Source: Cyanidioschyzon merolae (taxonomy: Eukaryota). Taken from it: a DNA stretch of 64,000 bases. Under the pieces are notes generated by a model. The model saw only the letters and a program-made list of their open reading frames with translations, was not told the DNA's origin and made no database searches. The stretch lies in the NCBI GenBank assembly GCA_000091205.1, contig AP006496.2, one strand, 5' to 3'. Positions 53,300 through 63,713 of this stretch are shown piece by piece. Position 1 is the stretch's first letter. Each line of letters starts with the position of its first letter. The position numbers were made by a program, and so were the translations under genes.

Positions 53300-53803
53300 C
53301 TAGTCTCTTCGCACATACAGATCCACCTCGAAACGCACAGCACCAGAGCAAACCGGGAACCTACGTGTCCGTACGCGTGTCACAAAACTCCCCTTCTCAA
53401 GCCGCATACAAGCGACATCGGGAATCAGCCAGATCTCTTGACCCAGACGTCTGGGTTGCGGGGTAACCAGCACCTCAACGTCCGCACTTGCTGACAGCTC
53501 TGTGGCTATCCGAAACCCCGCGTTCCCCGGGAGACGCCAGCACTCGACTTTTGGTGTATGCGGGCTTGCTTCGGTTCCTTCCGAGCGTCTGCTTTCGAGT
53601 TTTGTGTTTACAACCGACCCAGAGACGACTCCTGTTTCGGGAAAGCGTCGTCTTAGGGTGTCGCGCTCTTCGCGACGCTTCACAGCCTGACGGTGACGAC
53701 GCCCCCGAGTGTGTACGAGGTAGTTCGCCTCGCTGGGGTGGACGGTGCGGCAGAGCTTGCACTCGACGGCACCCAGCCGGTTTTTGAGTGCGTAGGCGTC
53801 CAT
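53300..53803 (-). CDS. Splicing factor 3a subunit 2 (SF3A2/Prp11)-like matrin-type C2H2 zinc-finger protein
   Basis: 'LKNRLGAVECKLCRTVHPSEANYLVHTRGRRHRQAVKRR' parallels SF3A2 'MKNHLGSYECKLCLTLHNNEGSYLAHTQGKKHQTNLARR'. The ORF lacks the conserved ~35-aa N-terminal 'RERLRQLALETID' segment, and an in-frame stop lies 11 codons upstream. Confidence 0.5.
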   Translation of the reverse strand: MDAYALKNRLGAVECKLCRTVHPSEANYLVHTRGRRHRQAVKRREERDTLRRRFPETGVVSGSVVNTKLESRRSEGTEASPHTPKVECWRLPGNAGFRIATELSASADVEVLVTPQPRRLGQEIWLIPDVACMRLEKGSFVTRVRTRRFPVCSGAVRFEVDLYVRRD

Positions 53804-56556
53804 TCCGGGCCCAGCCTCAAGGCTGTCAGGTGCCTATGGCAGGCCGCTCCGACGCTGAGGAGCAACACGTGCCCAGCGGTGGCACGCCAGCAGACTTCCA
53901 GTGGCCAAACTTGCGTATCCCGGGCTTCCGCCTGCTATCACCAAAAGAATCCAGCGTCACGCAAGACTTTAGTCGGAACACGCCCTGGGAGGACCTCGTG
54001 TACGCTTTAGAAGAAGCCGCAAAGGCCTTGGTTACGCAGGTGGCAACTCGTGGTACCGTACCCGGAGCCGTACGACAGTCGTTGACGGTCGCACTGCCAC
54101 CAGCACTGGACCGGACACCCTGGACACCTTGGACGACCTGCAGGGAAGACGCATCGACAAGCACTCGTGTGTCTGCAGAGCTCTACCTCGTATGCGATGA
54201 AACCTGGCAGGTGGCGCAACCTCTGGGGCTCGTGAGACTCTTTGGCGTTCCTGCGTACTGGCTACTCCGTTTGACGCCAGCACTATCGTCATATCGTGAC
54301 TGGGTTCAAGCTGCAGTTGGCGCACTTTTCTTCGTTGCCACGACCTGTCTACAGACCGATCAAGACCAGCCTGGTGAAAGCGCGTGCGTTCTATGGCAGT
54401 CTCGCGGAGCGGGGCGCCAGTGTATGACACCCGACTGTACCTCAGACGTCGAGACTGGTCCCAGGAGGAAGTGCACGACGCTCAACAAGCGAAACGGAAG
54501 CACACACTCTGTAGAGTCGACTGAGCCCCAGGACCGTAAGCACTGCACCAGCGTCTCGATGACAATGATGCCCACGACAGTTTTCGTTGAAACAAGCGCT
54601 ACGATGACGGAAGCTGCAACCGAGTACCGCGGACTAGGTATTGGTGATGGGTTTGCATTGCGGCATTACGAAATGCGCGTGCTATCTACACCTCCTGCGA
54701 ATATCGAGGATCTGGAATCCTTGTTGGCATTCTTTCGCCAGCATATCGTAACATCTTCGCTCTCGCCAGGCGCCACGGAGACGAACAGGAGCATCACACA
54801 AGAGCGGCTTGAGATTGCCCTGACCTATGAGGTGGTGCTGGAACCCGAAGCGGTCGAGTCCGAGGGCTTAGTCACATCGCCTCTTGTAGATGCGGATGCC
54901 CTGCGGCTTGCGTTGATGCTGCGATGGCCACTGAGGTCGCTCGCTGCCTACGAAAGCATGGATCTGCTGGATGCACCAGAGTGGATCCTCTGGTTACCGA
55001 GCGAAAGCCTGGACGCCGAACCCATGTCCAGCATGCCACGGAAAGTACTGTCGGTGCCGCACTGGACACAGATGCGACTGTTGAGACAACTCGTCAGACG
55101 ACTTGTGCAACTGATTCGCAACCTCCGCTCCGTATCGATCAGTGATACTGAGCAGTACCTGGATCTAGAGCAGCCCAGCAGGATGTTCACGTCAAGGCAC
55201 CTGATTTGTCCGCTCTTGGAAGCGTTGAGAGCGTGCGTCGACGACGCCTTGATTGCAAATTCATGGCCAAAAGGGCTGCACAGCGAGAACGACGGGACGG
55301 TTGCGGCAGAACTTCGTGTGACACTAGAGAGCTTGAATAGACTGGCGAGTGCGAATCTGCAGAAATCAACACCGGAGGCGACACCTCTTGACGCCGCAGC
55401 GGCTAGCGTAGAATCTCAACGGGTTCCAGTGGAAAGCACATGCCCAGCTGCCAGGAATCGAGGAGCCGTCGCATCTGAAAAGAGCGCTGGAGCACAGGCT
55501 CCCTCTGCTACGCCTGTTTATGCGCTGAACGCTGGAATTCGCGGAGAGGCCGGTGCGGTAGCTCTTGAGCAAACGGCAGTAGCGTTTGCGTCCGATGCAT
55601 TCGGATCGCAGGCATACACAGTACGGGTGCCGGGACGCGCTTTGGGCTCCGTCAGCCCTGGGCAAGGGGTTGCTTCAGCTTCGCTCCCGTCACCTGAGCC
55701 AGCGCCTGTACCCAGTAGACCGGGCCACCTGCAGACGGCCGGCACACGAAAGCAACTGCATGGTGCGGCAAGCGAGCATGCTGTAAAGTCGGATCCTGAG
55801 GCGCTAGGCCAGGCTGAAGTGGATTCTGATGCGCAAATGCCGGTTGCCGCGGATGACACCTCGACGGAAGGCATCTTTTCTGTTGAAAACGATCCACATC
55901 GGTGCGCATCCCTATACGACGCAAATCCAGGGGCCAACGGGACACCCACGGGCAACGCGACTGCCAAAGCTGAGGCATCTTTCTTTCCGGATGACTCGGA
56001 ACCAAGTCGACAGCAATGGCAGAGACTGCTCGAGTTCGGGGCAATGCAGTGTGTGAGAGCGCTCTGGCAAGCGATCTGCTGCCAGTCTAGCATCGAACGC
56101 CAGTATGTAACGGGCTTTCGTCGCTGTTTCGAGTCCACAGCGGCTGCGTGTGCTGCGCTTTTCCAGTCCTCTGTGCCAGAGACTGGTGTTCTGGGTGCGC
56201 ACCTGCAGCACAGCATGGACGAGATCGATCAACTGCTGACGCTTTGGGTGCACGTGCAACTTTTGCGACGAGTCTTCCAGGATCGTATGGAGCTTTTAGA
56301 TGAATTGCTTCAGCATGGGCAGCTGACGCTTCCGGGGCCGTATGCTTCGCCAACAGCAGCACCGGTGCAAACAGCACTTCTGGAGTACTTGACGCGCTCG
56401 ATCTTTGACCTCGATGAGGCGGCTGTTCTGGAAACCCCGCACATGCGGGAATATGTCTTGGAAGCGCGAACCGAAGACAATGAGGAGCGCGCTCGCCTCC
56501 TCTACCGACTGACTGGTGAACATTGTGTGCTCGCAACTGTCCACGACAGCAACTGA
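53788..56556 (+). CDS. Hypothetical large protein (≤922 aa), no recognised domain; true start likely at a downstream Met (e.g. 53836)
   Basis: Long uninterrupted ORF. It is divergent from, and overlaps by a few codons, the start of the SF3A2-like gene. Ala/Ser/Pro-rich segments present. No motif recognised. Confidence 0.4.
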   Translation: MRRRPFRAQPQGCQVPMAGRSDAEEQHVPSGGTPADFQWPNLRIPGFRLLSPKESSVTQDFSRNTPWEDLVYALEEAAKALVTQVATRGTVPGAVRQSLTVALPPALDRTPWTPWTTCREDASTSTRVSAELYLVCDETWQVAQPLGLVRLFGVPAYWLLRLTPALSSYRDWVQAAVGALFFVATTCLQTDQDQPGESACVLWQSRGAGRQCMTPDCTSDVETGPRRKCTTLNKRNGSTHSVESTEPQDRKHCTSVSMTMMPTTVFVETSATMTEAATEYRGLGIGDGFALRHYEMRVLSTPPANIEDLESLLAFFRQHIVTSSLSPGATETNRSITQERLEIALTYEVVLEPEAVESEGLVTSPLVDADALRLALMLRWPLRSLAAYESMDLLDAPEWILWLPSESLDAEPMSSMPRKVLSVPHWTQMRLLRQLVRRLVQLIRNLRSVSISDTEQYLDLEQPSRMFTSRHLICPLLEALRACVDDALIANSWPKGLHSENDGTVAAELRVTLESLNRLASANLQKSTPEATPLDAAAASVESQRVPVESTCPAARNRGAVASEKSAGAQAPSATPVYALNAGIRGEAGAVALEQTAVAFASDAFGSQAYTVRVPGRALGSVSPGQGVASASLPSPEPAPVPSRPGHLQTAGTRKQLHGAASEHAVKSDPEALGQAEVDSDAQMPVAADDTSTEGIFSVENDPHRCASLYDANPGANGTPTGNATAKAEASFFPDDSEPSRQQWQRLLEFGAMQCVRALWQAICCQSSIERQYVTGFRRCFESTAAACAALFQSSVPETGVLGAHLQHSMDEIDQLLTLWVHVQLLRRVFQDRMELLDELLQHGQLTLPGPYASPTAAPVQTALLEYLTRSIFDLDEAAVLETPHMREYVLEARTEDNEERARLLYRLTGEHCVLATVHDSN

Positions 56557-57198
56557 TGCGAATCGTGAATACTCGGGCGAACTCGATGCGGGATCGACCT
56601 CGCTATGCCGAGTCTGTACGAGCGCAGCCACCGCTGCCTTCTTGCTGACGGCAGATTGATGAAACGACATACGACTCCGTTGTTGAACGCGTATCCGAGG
56701 CGGAATGCACGGTTCGAGTGCTTTCAACGGCCTACCACGGTCCAGCATCCGGGACAGAGCAAGTCTAGGCACGTTCACGCCGGACGCAGCGTCGACGCTT
56801 CGAGCCTGACCCGGTGATACGTTGTTCGGTGACTGATTTTGGGTACCTCGTTCAGAAAAAGCGAGCTAGCCAGCTGCGGATCATTGAGAAAGGGATACTG
56901 CCCTTCCCTTGAGACAATACATCTATTTATGCATGTATTCGGCTGATGGAAAACTTCTGCAGTCTTCAAGTGCCTCAAATCGATCAAATATGCGATACGC
57001 CAATCGTCTCGAATAAAATCAAGATTCTTGTCGCTCGTTGGAGGCTGTGTTTATCGCGGGCTCGCGAATGAACAGCGCGGGAAACTTGGAGCACATACAC
57101 ATAAATAAACATACATTCATAAACAAAAATCTATCGTCGAGCGCCAATCTACGCTGAGGTAAACGCAGAGGTCATGACAGCATCAGGACCCGCACGGT

Positions 57199-59295
57199 TT
57201 ATGTGGCTTCATCGGATACCCTCTGCCAGACTTGTGCGAGCAGGCTTCGATCAAGCTGCCATACACTGGACAAGAGCGCAAGGCTCACCCCAATTGTCCA
57301 TCCGAATCCAACCTGGGGAACGTATTCACCGCCGTTGCCACTCTCTCCGACCTTTTCCGCGTGATACTTCTCGAAAAGATCACCACTCCGAAGCCAGCCC
57401 TGGTATACAGAACGCAGAAATCGGATGGCTATCTGCAAAGAAAGTTCGCGAGCTCGGTTGGAGATTTGCTCATTCGCGGAAAACTGCGTCGCTAGCGACG
57501 CAAACGCTTCGTGCAGCAGGAGTTGCACGGGTGGCCACGCGTTCGGGTAATCCCACTGTTGACCCGAATCGGTCACCAATGTTGCAACAACGCCTCCGTT
57601 TTGCAGGAGACCACTCTCCTCGAACGACTGGAGCACGCCACGCGCGATGGAAGCCGCTTGTTCCGATTCGATATGCTCGAGGATGCCGCTCCAGAGCGGG
57701 AAAAAGTTGCTCGAACTCACCGTCTGCCGCCAATCTGCAACCGTTTGCAGGGTCGTTGTATCGGCCTCCAGGTCGTAGTCGATCCATTGATCCCGGCTTG
57801 GTACGTATAAATACTTTTGCATCGTAGAGACCCGCTGTTGGACTCGATCAAGCAAGTCTCTTGTCACTGGGTCATTGGGGACCTCCTCATTTCCGGGTAA
57901 CCGCTGTTCGAAAATGCTACCTTTTTCCGTTTCCGGTCGGCTACCGCTGATATACCATCGGTAGAGAAAAGCGAGATTGCGTTCCATGCGAAGCATGAAA
58001 CTGTTGAAACACACAGGAATAATCAACTGCGTTCGGATGGAGCACATGCTTCGCCGGTCGCGCAGCCAGCGCGACGAAAAGTCCCATCCGCTTTCCGCTG
58101 CTGCAGTCAAGGCGATGAAGAGCTCACTCCGCCGCGGATCACCGAGAAGTTCCATCGAACAGTCACTTGCAAGTTTCGAGTCCTCGTAGAAGGATTCCGG
58201 TCGCGGTCCTTCGGCTGCGGGCGCATGGTAACGATTTAGGGTTCCCCCTGCGCGCATCTTTACCGTCCGTTGCTCCATCATGAAGCTGTATTCACGCTCC
58301 AGAAGCGGCAACGCTCGCCCCAAAAATGTCATCACGTCCCATCCGGCATGTGCATGCTCTGCGATGCAGCGCACCATATCCGAAAGTAGTGGTGGTTGGG
58401 TACGATTCAGATAGTAGATGCGGGCACCGTTGGGCACAAAGCCGAACTGCTCTACCAGATCGAGAAGATTCTCAACGCAGCAGCGCGCAGTCTCCCACAT
58501 ACCGCAGACCAGAAGGCCGCGAACGATGAAGTAGGTATCCCAGTAGTAGCACTCGCGGAATCGACCACCAGCCACGATGAATGGATGTTTCAGGGGCAGC
58601 AGACTGAAGCGTTCAGGTTCTCTGAACACCATCGGCGAGGTCTCGCGACCGAGTTTTCGCCAGCGTGCGACCATATCCATGAGCCAGTTTCCCGCATCGA
58701 CATCCTGTGCTTTCATCCAGCGCCAGATCTGGTGCAGCAACGGTGGCGAACCGGTCGCTGTCGTTCCAGGTTCAGGGTCCAGCTCCAACTGCGGCAAGTC
58801 CCGCGGGATCCAGGCAAGCAAGTCGCCACCAGGCGCGTAGTCAAAGTGCTCTAACAGAAAGCGACGTACCTCCTCGAAGTCGGTGTCAGGTCCCTCGACA
58901 CGTGCTAGCCGAAAGGTGGGCACAGGGGGCTCGCGCTCGGCCTCGCGGAGCCCGCTGGTTGCTTCGCCTGGGCCCGCCAGCGGCTCCTCAACAACGCGGC
59001 GACCGAACTCAGCGTCCCAGTACTCTATGATCCGCTCCGGTATTCGCCCAGGTAGCAGAGGCAGATCCACAAAGTGTTTTGAGTCAGCGAAAATGCGCAG
59101 TCGCTGAACGACTGCGAGCAGCGACTTTTCACAGCCGGCACTAGTTTCAGCGCAGTTGGCGGCACAGTATACAACCGAACTCGGAAATGCAGGCGCCAAC
59201 GCGCCCAGACGAAAAGCCATATGCACGTACGCTTCGATGACTTTCAATGTCATGGTGCTCAGGTTACGGTACTGAACAGTTGCATAGTACCACAC
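57199..59295 (-). CDS. Trehalase (glycoside hydrolase family 37)
   Basis: Trehalase signature 1 'PGGRFRECYYWDTYFIVRGLL' and signature 2 'QWDYPNAWPPVQ'. 698-aa uninterrupted ORF. Confidence 0.88.
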   Translation of the reverse strand: MWYYATVQYRNLSTMTLKVIEAYVHMAFRLGALAPAFPSSVVYCAANCAETSAGCEKSLLAVVQRLRIFADSKHFVDLPLLPGRIPERIIEYWDAEFGRRVVEEPLAGPGEATSGLREAEREPPVPTFRLARVEGPDTDFEEVRRFLLEHFDYAPGGDLLAWIPRDLPQLELDPEPGTTATGSPPLLHQIWRWMKAQDVDAGNWLMDMVARWRKLGRETSPMVFREPERFSLLPLKHPFIVAGGRFRECYYWDTYFIVRGLLVCGMWETARCCVENLLDLVEQFGFVPNGARIYYLNRTQPPLLSDMVRCIAEHAHAGWDVMTFLGRALPLLEREYSFMMEQRTVKMRAGGTLNRYHAPAAEGPRPESFYEDSKLASDCSMELLGDPRRSELFIALTAAAESGWDFSSRWLRDRRSMCSIRTQLIIPVCFNSFMLRMERNLAFLYRWYISGSRPETEKGSIFEQRLPGNEEVPNDPVTRDLLDRVQQRVSTMQKYLYVPSRDQWIDYDLEADTTTLQTVADWRQTVSSSNFFPLWSGILEHIESEQAASIARGVLQSFEESGLLQNGGVVATLVTDSGQQWDYPNAWPPVQLLLHEAFASLATQFSANEQISNRARELSLQIAIRFLRSVYQGWLRSGDLFEKYHAEKVGESGNGGEYVPQVGFGWTIGVSLALLSSVWQLDRSLLAQVWQRVSDEAT

Positions 59296-61785
59296 GTTCT
59301 ATACGTCAACTGATGGCGAATGCGTCTCGCGGAGCTCGCGTTTCGTCGATCGAGAAGCGCATCGATGCGATTCTCGATCAATAGAGCTGGTGCTTTCCGC
59401 TGCTGACGCTGCCGCCTTTTTTTGGATAGGCGTGGTGTGCTTTGGCATTTGTGAGCTTGGCAACCTGGTGTGCCACTGGCGCTTGCGACAGGCCCCATAC
59501 GGCTTGGTTTTCGAGCTTGTGTCGTGTCCGAACGACACACATTTGAGGTACTGGTGTGGGCAGGATGTACATTGATGACGCAGATAATCGCAGGCATCCG
59601 GTTTATGCTCGTGGGCATTGCGCAGCTGATGGTCTGGGTTCGGGCGAAGCATCGGCAGTCTCTGAAGGAATTTGGAACCCTCTATCCCTGGATGAAGAAA
59701 CGCATGCTTCCTTTCGTTTGGTGAATGCGCAGCGGGTCACGAAATTTGTGTGCGTGCTGATGGGCAAGCCCTGACTTGGAGGTACGAGGCCGGTGCGCTT
59801 GTGACTTTTCGTCACTTTTGGATGATGGTGGATTCGGTGATCGTTGGAAACCGTGTAGTGAAGTGCACCCATACTCGTGATGGTGCTCGATAGTCGAGCA
59901 ACCAAAGTGCACTCGGATATTTTTCCCAGAATACCGTGGCGGCGACTAGACATCACCCTGAATATGAACGTTTAGGGTACGCGCTTGTTTTACGTACGTA
60001 TTAGGAAACCGTAGCATGCTGTGCGGCTTCGTTGCGCACTATTCACGGCCAGCATGCCGTCACCAGAGCACCTGGTGCCGGCTGCAGCCTCCAGCTTCTG
60101 GTACCGATCGTTTGATAGCGCCAGTCAAGATGGATCGTTTCTTGACCTCAGCTCTATCACTAGCGTTTTCGACAAAACGTCATCAATATCAGAAGACGAC
60201 TGGTGATGGAGGCGCGACCGGCGGAGCTGACGCGGTCCACCTTTCTGGGACATCCTCTCAGGGTCGAATTGTACAAAGAGAAGCTGCAACCGATAGCAGG
60301 GGGCCGGTCGAAAAAGGCTAGGAGACGTCTGTGATTGGATATTAATTTACCCTAAATGGTCGTGAAACGTTTTCTTTCCATTGAACGGTAAGGGATAGAG
60401 AAAAAATCCGTCTCTCGAGCAGTTTTACTACTGGAAGGGAAAAATCAGCAGGTGGCTAACGAACATCCGCGTGCTTAAGGAATGGCGGGTGGCGTAGGGG
60501 GTGCAGATAAGTTTACGGTTTGGTGCTTGCACAACTACATACAAGTTAGGCTCTTGAAACTAATCTTATAGAGTAGATAAGAATACAGTATGTGCTTTTG
60601 TCGGGTGCCTCGATCGTGCCAGGCGAGATGCGTCGGCCGAACGTCGTGGCAGATATGGACGCTACCTGTGTGCTATGCCTCTGTCAAGATCACCGGGTCC
60701 GAGACAGTAGCAGGCACCATAACTTGGGCAATGACGATAGCATGGAAATGACTTGAACGGTCATCAGTACCAGCCCATGACGCCGGAAAGAAGCAAAATT
60801 CATGTCAGTTCCTTATTCCAGCGTCCGTGCAGCATGCATAACAAGCATAGAGAATAAACTTACATCCGTGTTCGGGAACACTACCGTATTTAGTTTGGTT
60901 ACGATCAATACAACTAACGAAACTCTTCAAGGCTAGTGTGATGCATACCTCATCCACACAAGCGTAAGCCGCAGAGAACGCTACGCTTTTGATAGAAGCG
61001 TCGAGAGGTATCGTGCCAGGCCCCAACAGCTCCATGTATGTCAGGGCGGTACTGCGATGGGCAGTAGCGTCGGCACCAGCGACATAGCCTATAGCAAGAG
61101 ACTACTCTACGTGAGTTTTCGATTTAGGACACCTGATTTTTGCTGCTGCGCGATGCGAACACGCAAGTGCCAAGGCGGGGTGTCGGACACGTGTCCTTCA
61201 TCGATCGGTGAGGCGTCTCGCGCGGTGCACGCATCGCGCTCGGTGAGCGCATCTGGGAGATCAGGCAGACATGAGACACGACATGTATGTCGCCGTTGAA
61301 GGGAAATGCGATCGCGATCTTTAGCGTGTTGCTCTCAAGTTGTATTTGCGTTAAAGTCATAGCAGAGTATACTTTTCAGGTCAATTATGTTTCAACCCTC
61401 AGTTTAGTTTATTCAAGTGATTTTTCGCGGTTTATATCAGAGGCGTTGATGGAGCGTTCTTTTTCAAAAAAACAAAAAAGGAAAGCTATGAAAAAGCAAG
61501 TCGGCGATCCTGGAGGCCCAGGGTCGCCGGCTGTCAGAAAAAAAAAACAAAAACAGTGCCGATTCCAGAAGAAAAGCAAGAGAAAAAGAAGCAAAAGGGG
61601 AGGCCTTACGTCGAAGGCGGCAAAAAAGACAACTGTACGACGAGATGGTGGTTAAAGGCTGTCTTCTTAAACAAATCAAGGATCCCCACAGGGAAACGTT
61701 GCGATACGCTATCGAAAAACGTGTCGACTCGTACTCGAAGAGTATTGTCAAGGCGTCGTCAGGACTGATGCATTTGTCGAGGTAG

Positions 61786-62460
61786 ATGTATCGCGAAGTG
61801 GCGCACATGGAAACGGTCGAGATTCCGGACGAGTTTTTCGACAAGACCTCTATTCGTCAGCTGATGCTTGGTACAGGGGAAGCGCGGAGGGAAACTCAGA
61901 TAGTGCATGCCCTCCACGAAAGCTTCGCGGAATTCCGCTTCGAAGGTAATCGATACAAGGGTGACTCGACTATTTACATATACGGGGCGGTGAAGTACCT
62001 CACGAACCTGAGGAACCATATGACGATGGACCTCGAACATTTTATGATACGCGCCGTGTTCGCTCTCGACCCGCGCATCTCTCGCAAAGGTGCACAGGCG
62101 ATGATCAATGGCATCACGAAAGATCGCAAGCGTGAAGATGAGGTCGAATTTGTAGACAAGAAGGCGTCAAAAGAGCGCATGAATGAAGCTTCTGTAATCC
62201 GTGCGGCTATCCAAGAGCATCGTGCGGTACTGGGGTTTGTTAATCCAACAGAAAAGATATCAGAGTTGAAAAAAGACAAGGAAAGATACTATCGCCTCGT
62301 CCTGCGATATTTCGTGTTTCTGGACCGAGAGCTCGAACGCAAAGCGGAGATGAAGCTGAGTGAGGAGAGAATTAAAAAAGAGTGGGAGAGACGGGCGGCT
62401 TCGCTCATGGGAAGCGCTTCTACGCGGTTCCAATGTGCAACATCAAGTCACATTTTGTGA
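61786..62460 (+). CDS. Hypothetical 224-aa ORF directly upstream of the Fanzor/TnpB-like RuvC core (possible N-terminal exon/domain of the same gene)
   Basis: Lys/Glu-rich helical ORF ('…[44 protein letters not shown]…'). Preceded at 61409..61768 by Lys/Arg-rich NLS-like coding potential in other frames. Linkage to the downstream RuvC segments is inferred from adjacency only. Confidence 0.3.
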   Translation: MYREVAHMETVEIPDEFFDKTSIRQLMLGTGEARRETQIVHALHESFAEFRFEGNRYKGDSTIYIYGAVKYLTNLRNHMTMDLEHFMIRAVFALDPRISRKGAQAMINGITKDRKREDEVEFVDKKASKERMNEASVIRAAIQEHRAVLGFVNPTEKISELKKDKERYYRLVLRYFVFLDRELERKAEMKLSEERIKKEWERRAASLMGSASTRFQCATSSHIL

Positions 62461-62606
62461 CGATCGACTCCAGCATCCTCTATGGCATCATGAGACAGAT
62501 CAGTGGGGAGTTCGATGTTAGCAACGGGAAGTTCATCGGTGAAAACCGGGAGATGCACTAGAAGAATATCTTCGAGTTCAAACTTCTCAAAGCGGGCAAG
62601 CAAAAG

Positions 62607-63713
62607 TTGTTCACTGGGATGATCGAAACCGATGGAGTAGCCTTGTGTGTACACGATCCGCGGTTGACGAAAGATCGTTCAGTGCCGCCCTCGGCTTCGC
62701 CCGTGGCGAAGGATGCAGAAAACAAAGCGGCGGATCCTGCGACGCAGCAGGTAGAGGATAACGACCTTGTCGTTGGTACGGCGAAGCATGAAGATGAGAA
62801 GGAGGCGGGTCTTGAGACGCAGAAAGTGCAGGATAACGACTTTGTCGTTGGCGCGGCGAAGCATAAAGATGAGAAGGAGGCGGGTCTTGAAACGCAGAAA
62901 GTGCAGGATAACGACTTTGTCGTTGGCGCGGACCTCGGGAACACGAATATCGTAACCATCGCAGCATCCACGCCTGGGGAAGATGATACTGACGGTGACT
63001 TACGTCAGAGAGACACGCGACTTTTGAGATTCCCGACAACGAGATGCTATCGAGAATCCGGTATAACGAATGCAAGGAAGAGAATCGAGATATGGAATGC
63101 AGGAGTGAAAGAGCACCTCGAAGCTTTGAGCGAGGTAACGAGCCGCGGAGCGGACTTTCGAGCTTTTCGGGAATTCCCGCAAGTTCGTGTTGCTCATTGG
63201 GATGCGCTGTAGAGGAGTATACAAAGCCTCGGTGGGCTCGTTTGCGAATGAACTTGCACTGTGGGAAGCAGCGTGCATTCGCGAATTTTTTCAATGAGTT
63301 GCGTGCCCTGAAGGAGGATGAAAGTCAGAGGCCCGTAGTAGCGTCTTGGGCAGGGCGATGGAAGACCCAAACAGGGACTACTCCAGCTCCAACGACGAGG
63401 GTATGCAAGGAGTGTGCACGGCGTTTCGTTACAATACCGATAGATGAGTTTCGAGCATCGTATACACACCACGAGCTGGGTTGTACACTTCAGAGGGTCG
63501 AGATGGAAACGTGTCAGCGGCGCCCTGAGGATACAAAAAGTACGGACCGCTGACGGAAGAGCAAATGGAAAGGAGGGCGACAGTTCGTGGACTCCTTGCA
63601 CTAGCGCTTTCTGCAAACAACGGCAAGAAACGTATCGAATCGTGAACGGAGACTTTAACGCCGCTATCAATATAAGGAAATGTACGGTGATGGAAAGAAG
63701 ACCTCCAGAGTAG
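62607..63713 (+). pseudogene. Fanzor/TnpB-like RuvC-nuclease core (eukaryotic OMEGA-type RNA-guided endonuclease homologue), read through three frames (62607..63212, 63044..63553, 63444..63713): frameshifted or intron-containing
   Basis: The RuvC-I motif 'DFVVGADLGNTNIVTIAAS' matches the TnpB consensus 'vGiDlGi.n.a'. Upstream, '[13 protein letters not shown]' is β-strand-like. The middle frame 'WAGRWKTQTGTTPAPTTRVCKECARRFVTIPIDEFRASYTHHELGC' matches 'GDW…G..P……V..VDEy.TSq.C'. The final frame 'WTPCTSAFCKQRQETYRIVNGDFNAAINIRK' is a C-x4-C zinc finger plus the RuvC-III hallmark '[DR]D.NAA.NI'. Confidence 0.55.
62748..62930. repeat. 72-bp (24-aa) tandem repeat, ~2.5 units, inserted immediately upstream of the RuvC-I motif
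   Basis: 'cagaaagtgcaggataacgac[c/t]ttgtcgttgg[tac/cgc]ggcgaagcat[g/a]aagatgagaaggaggcgggtcttga[g/a]acg' repeats. Translated it gives 'QKVQDNDFVVGAAKH[KE]DEKEAGLET' x3, and the last unit ends in the genuine 'DFVVGADLG' motif. Confidence 0.85.
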
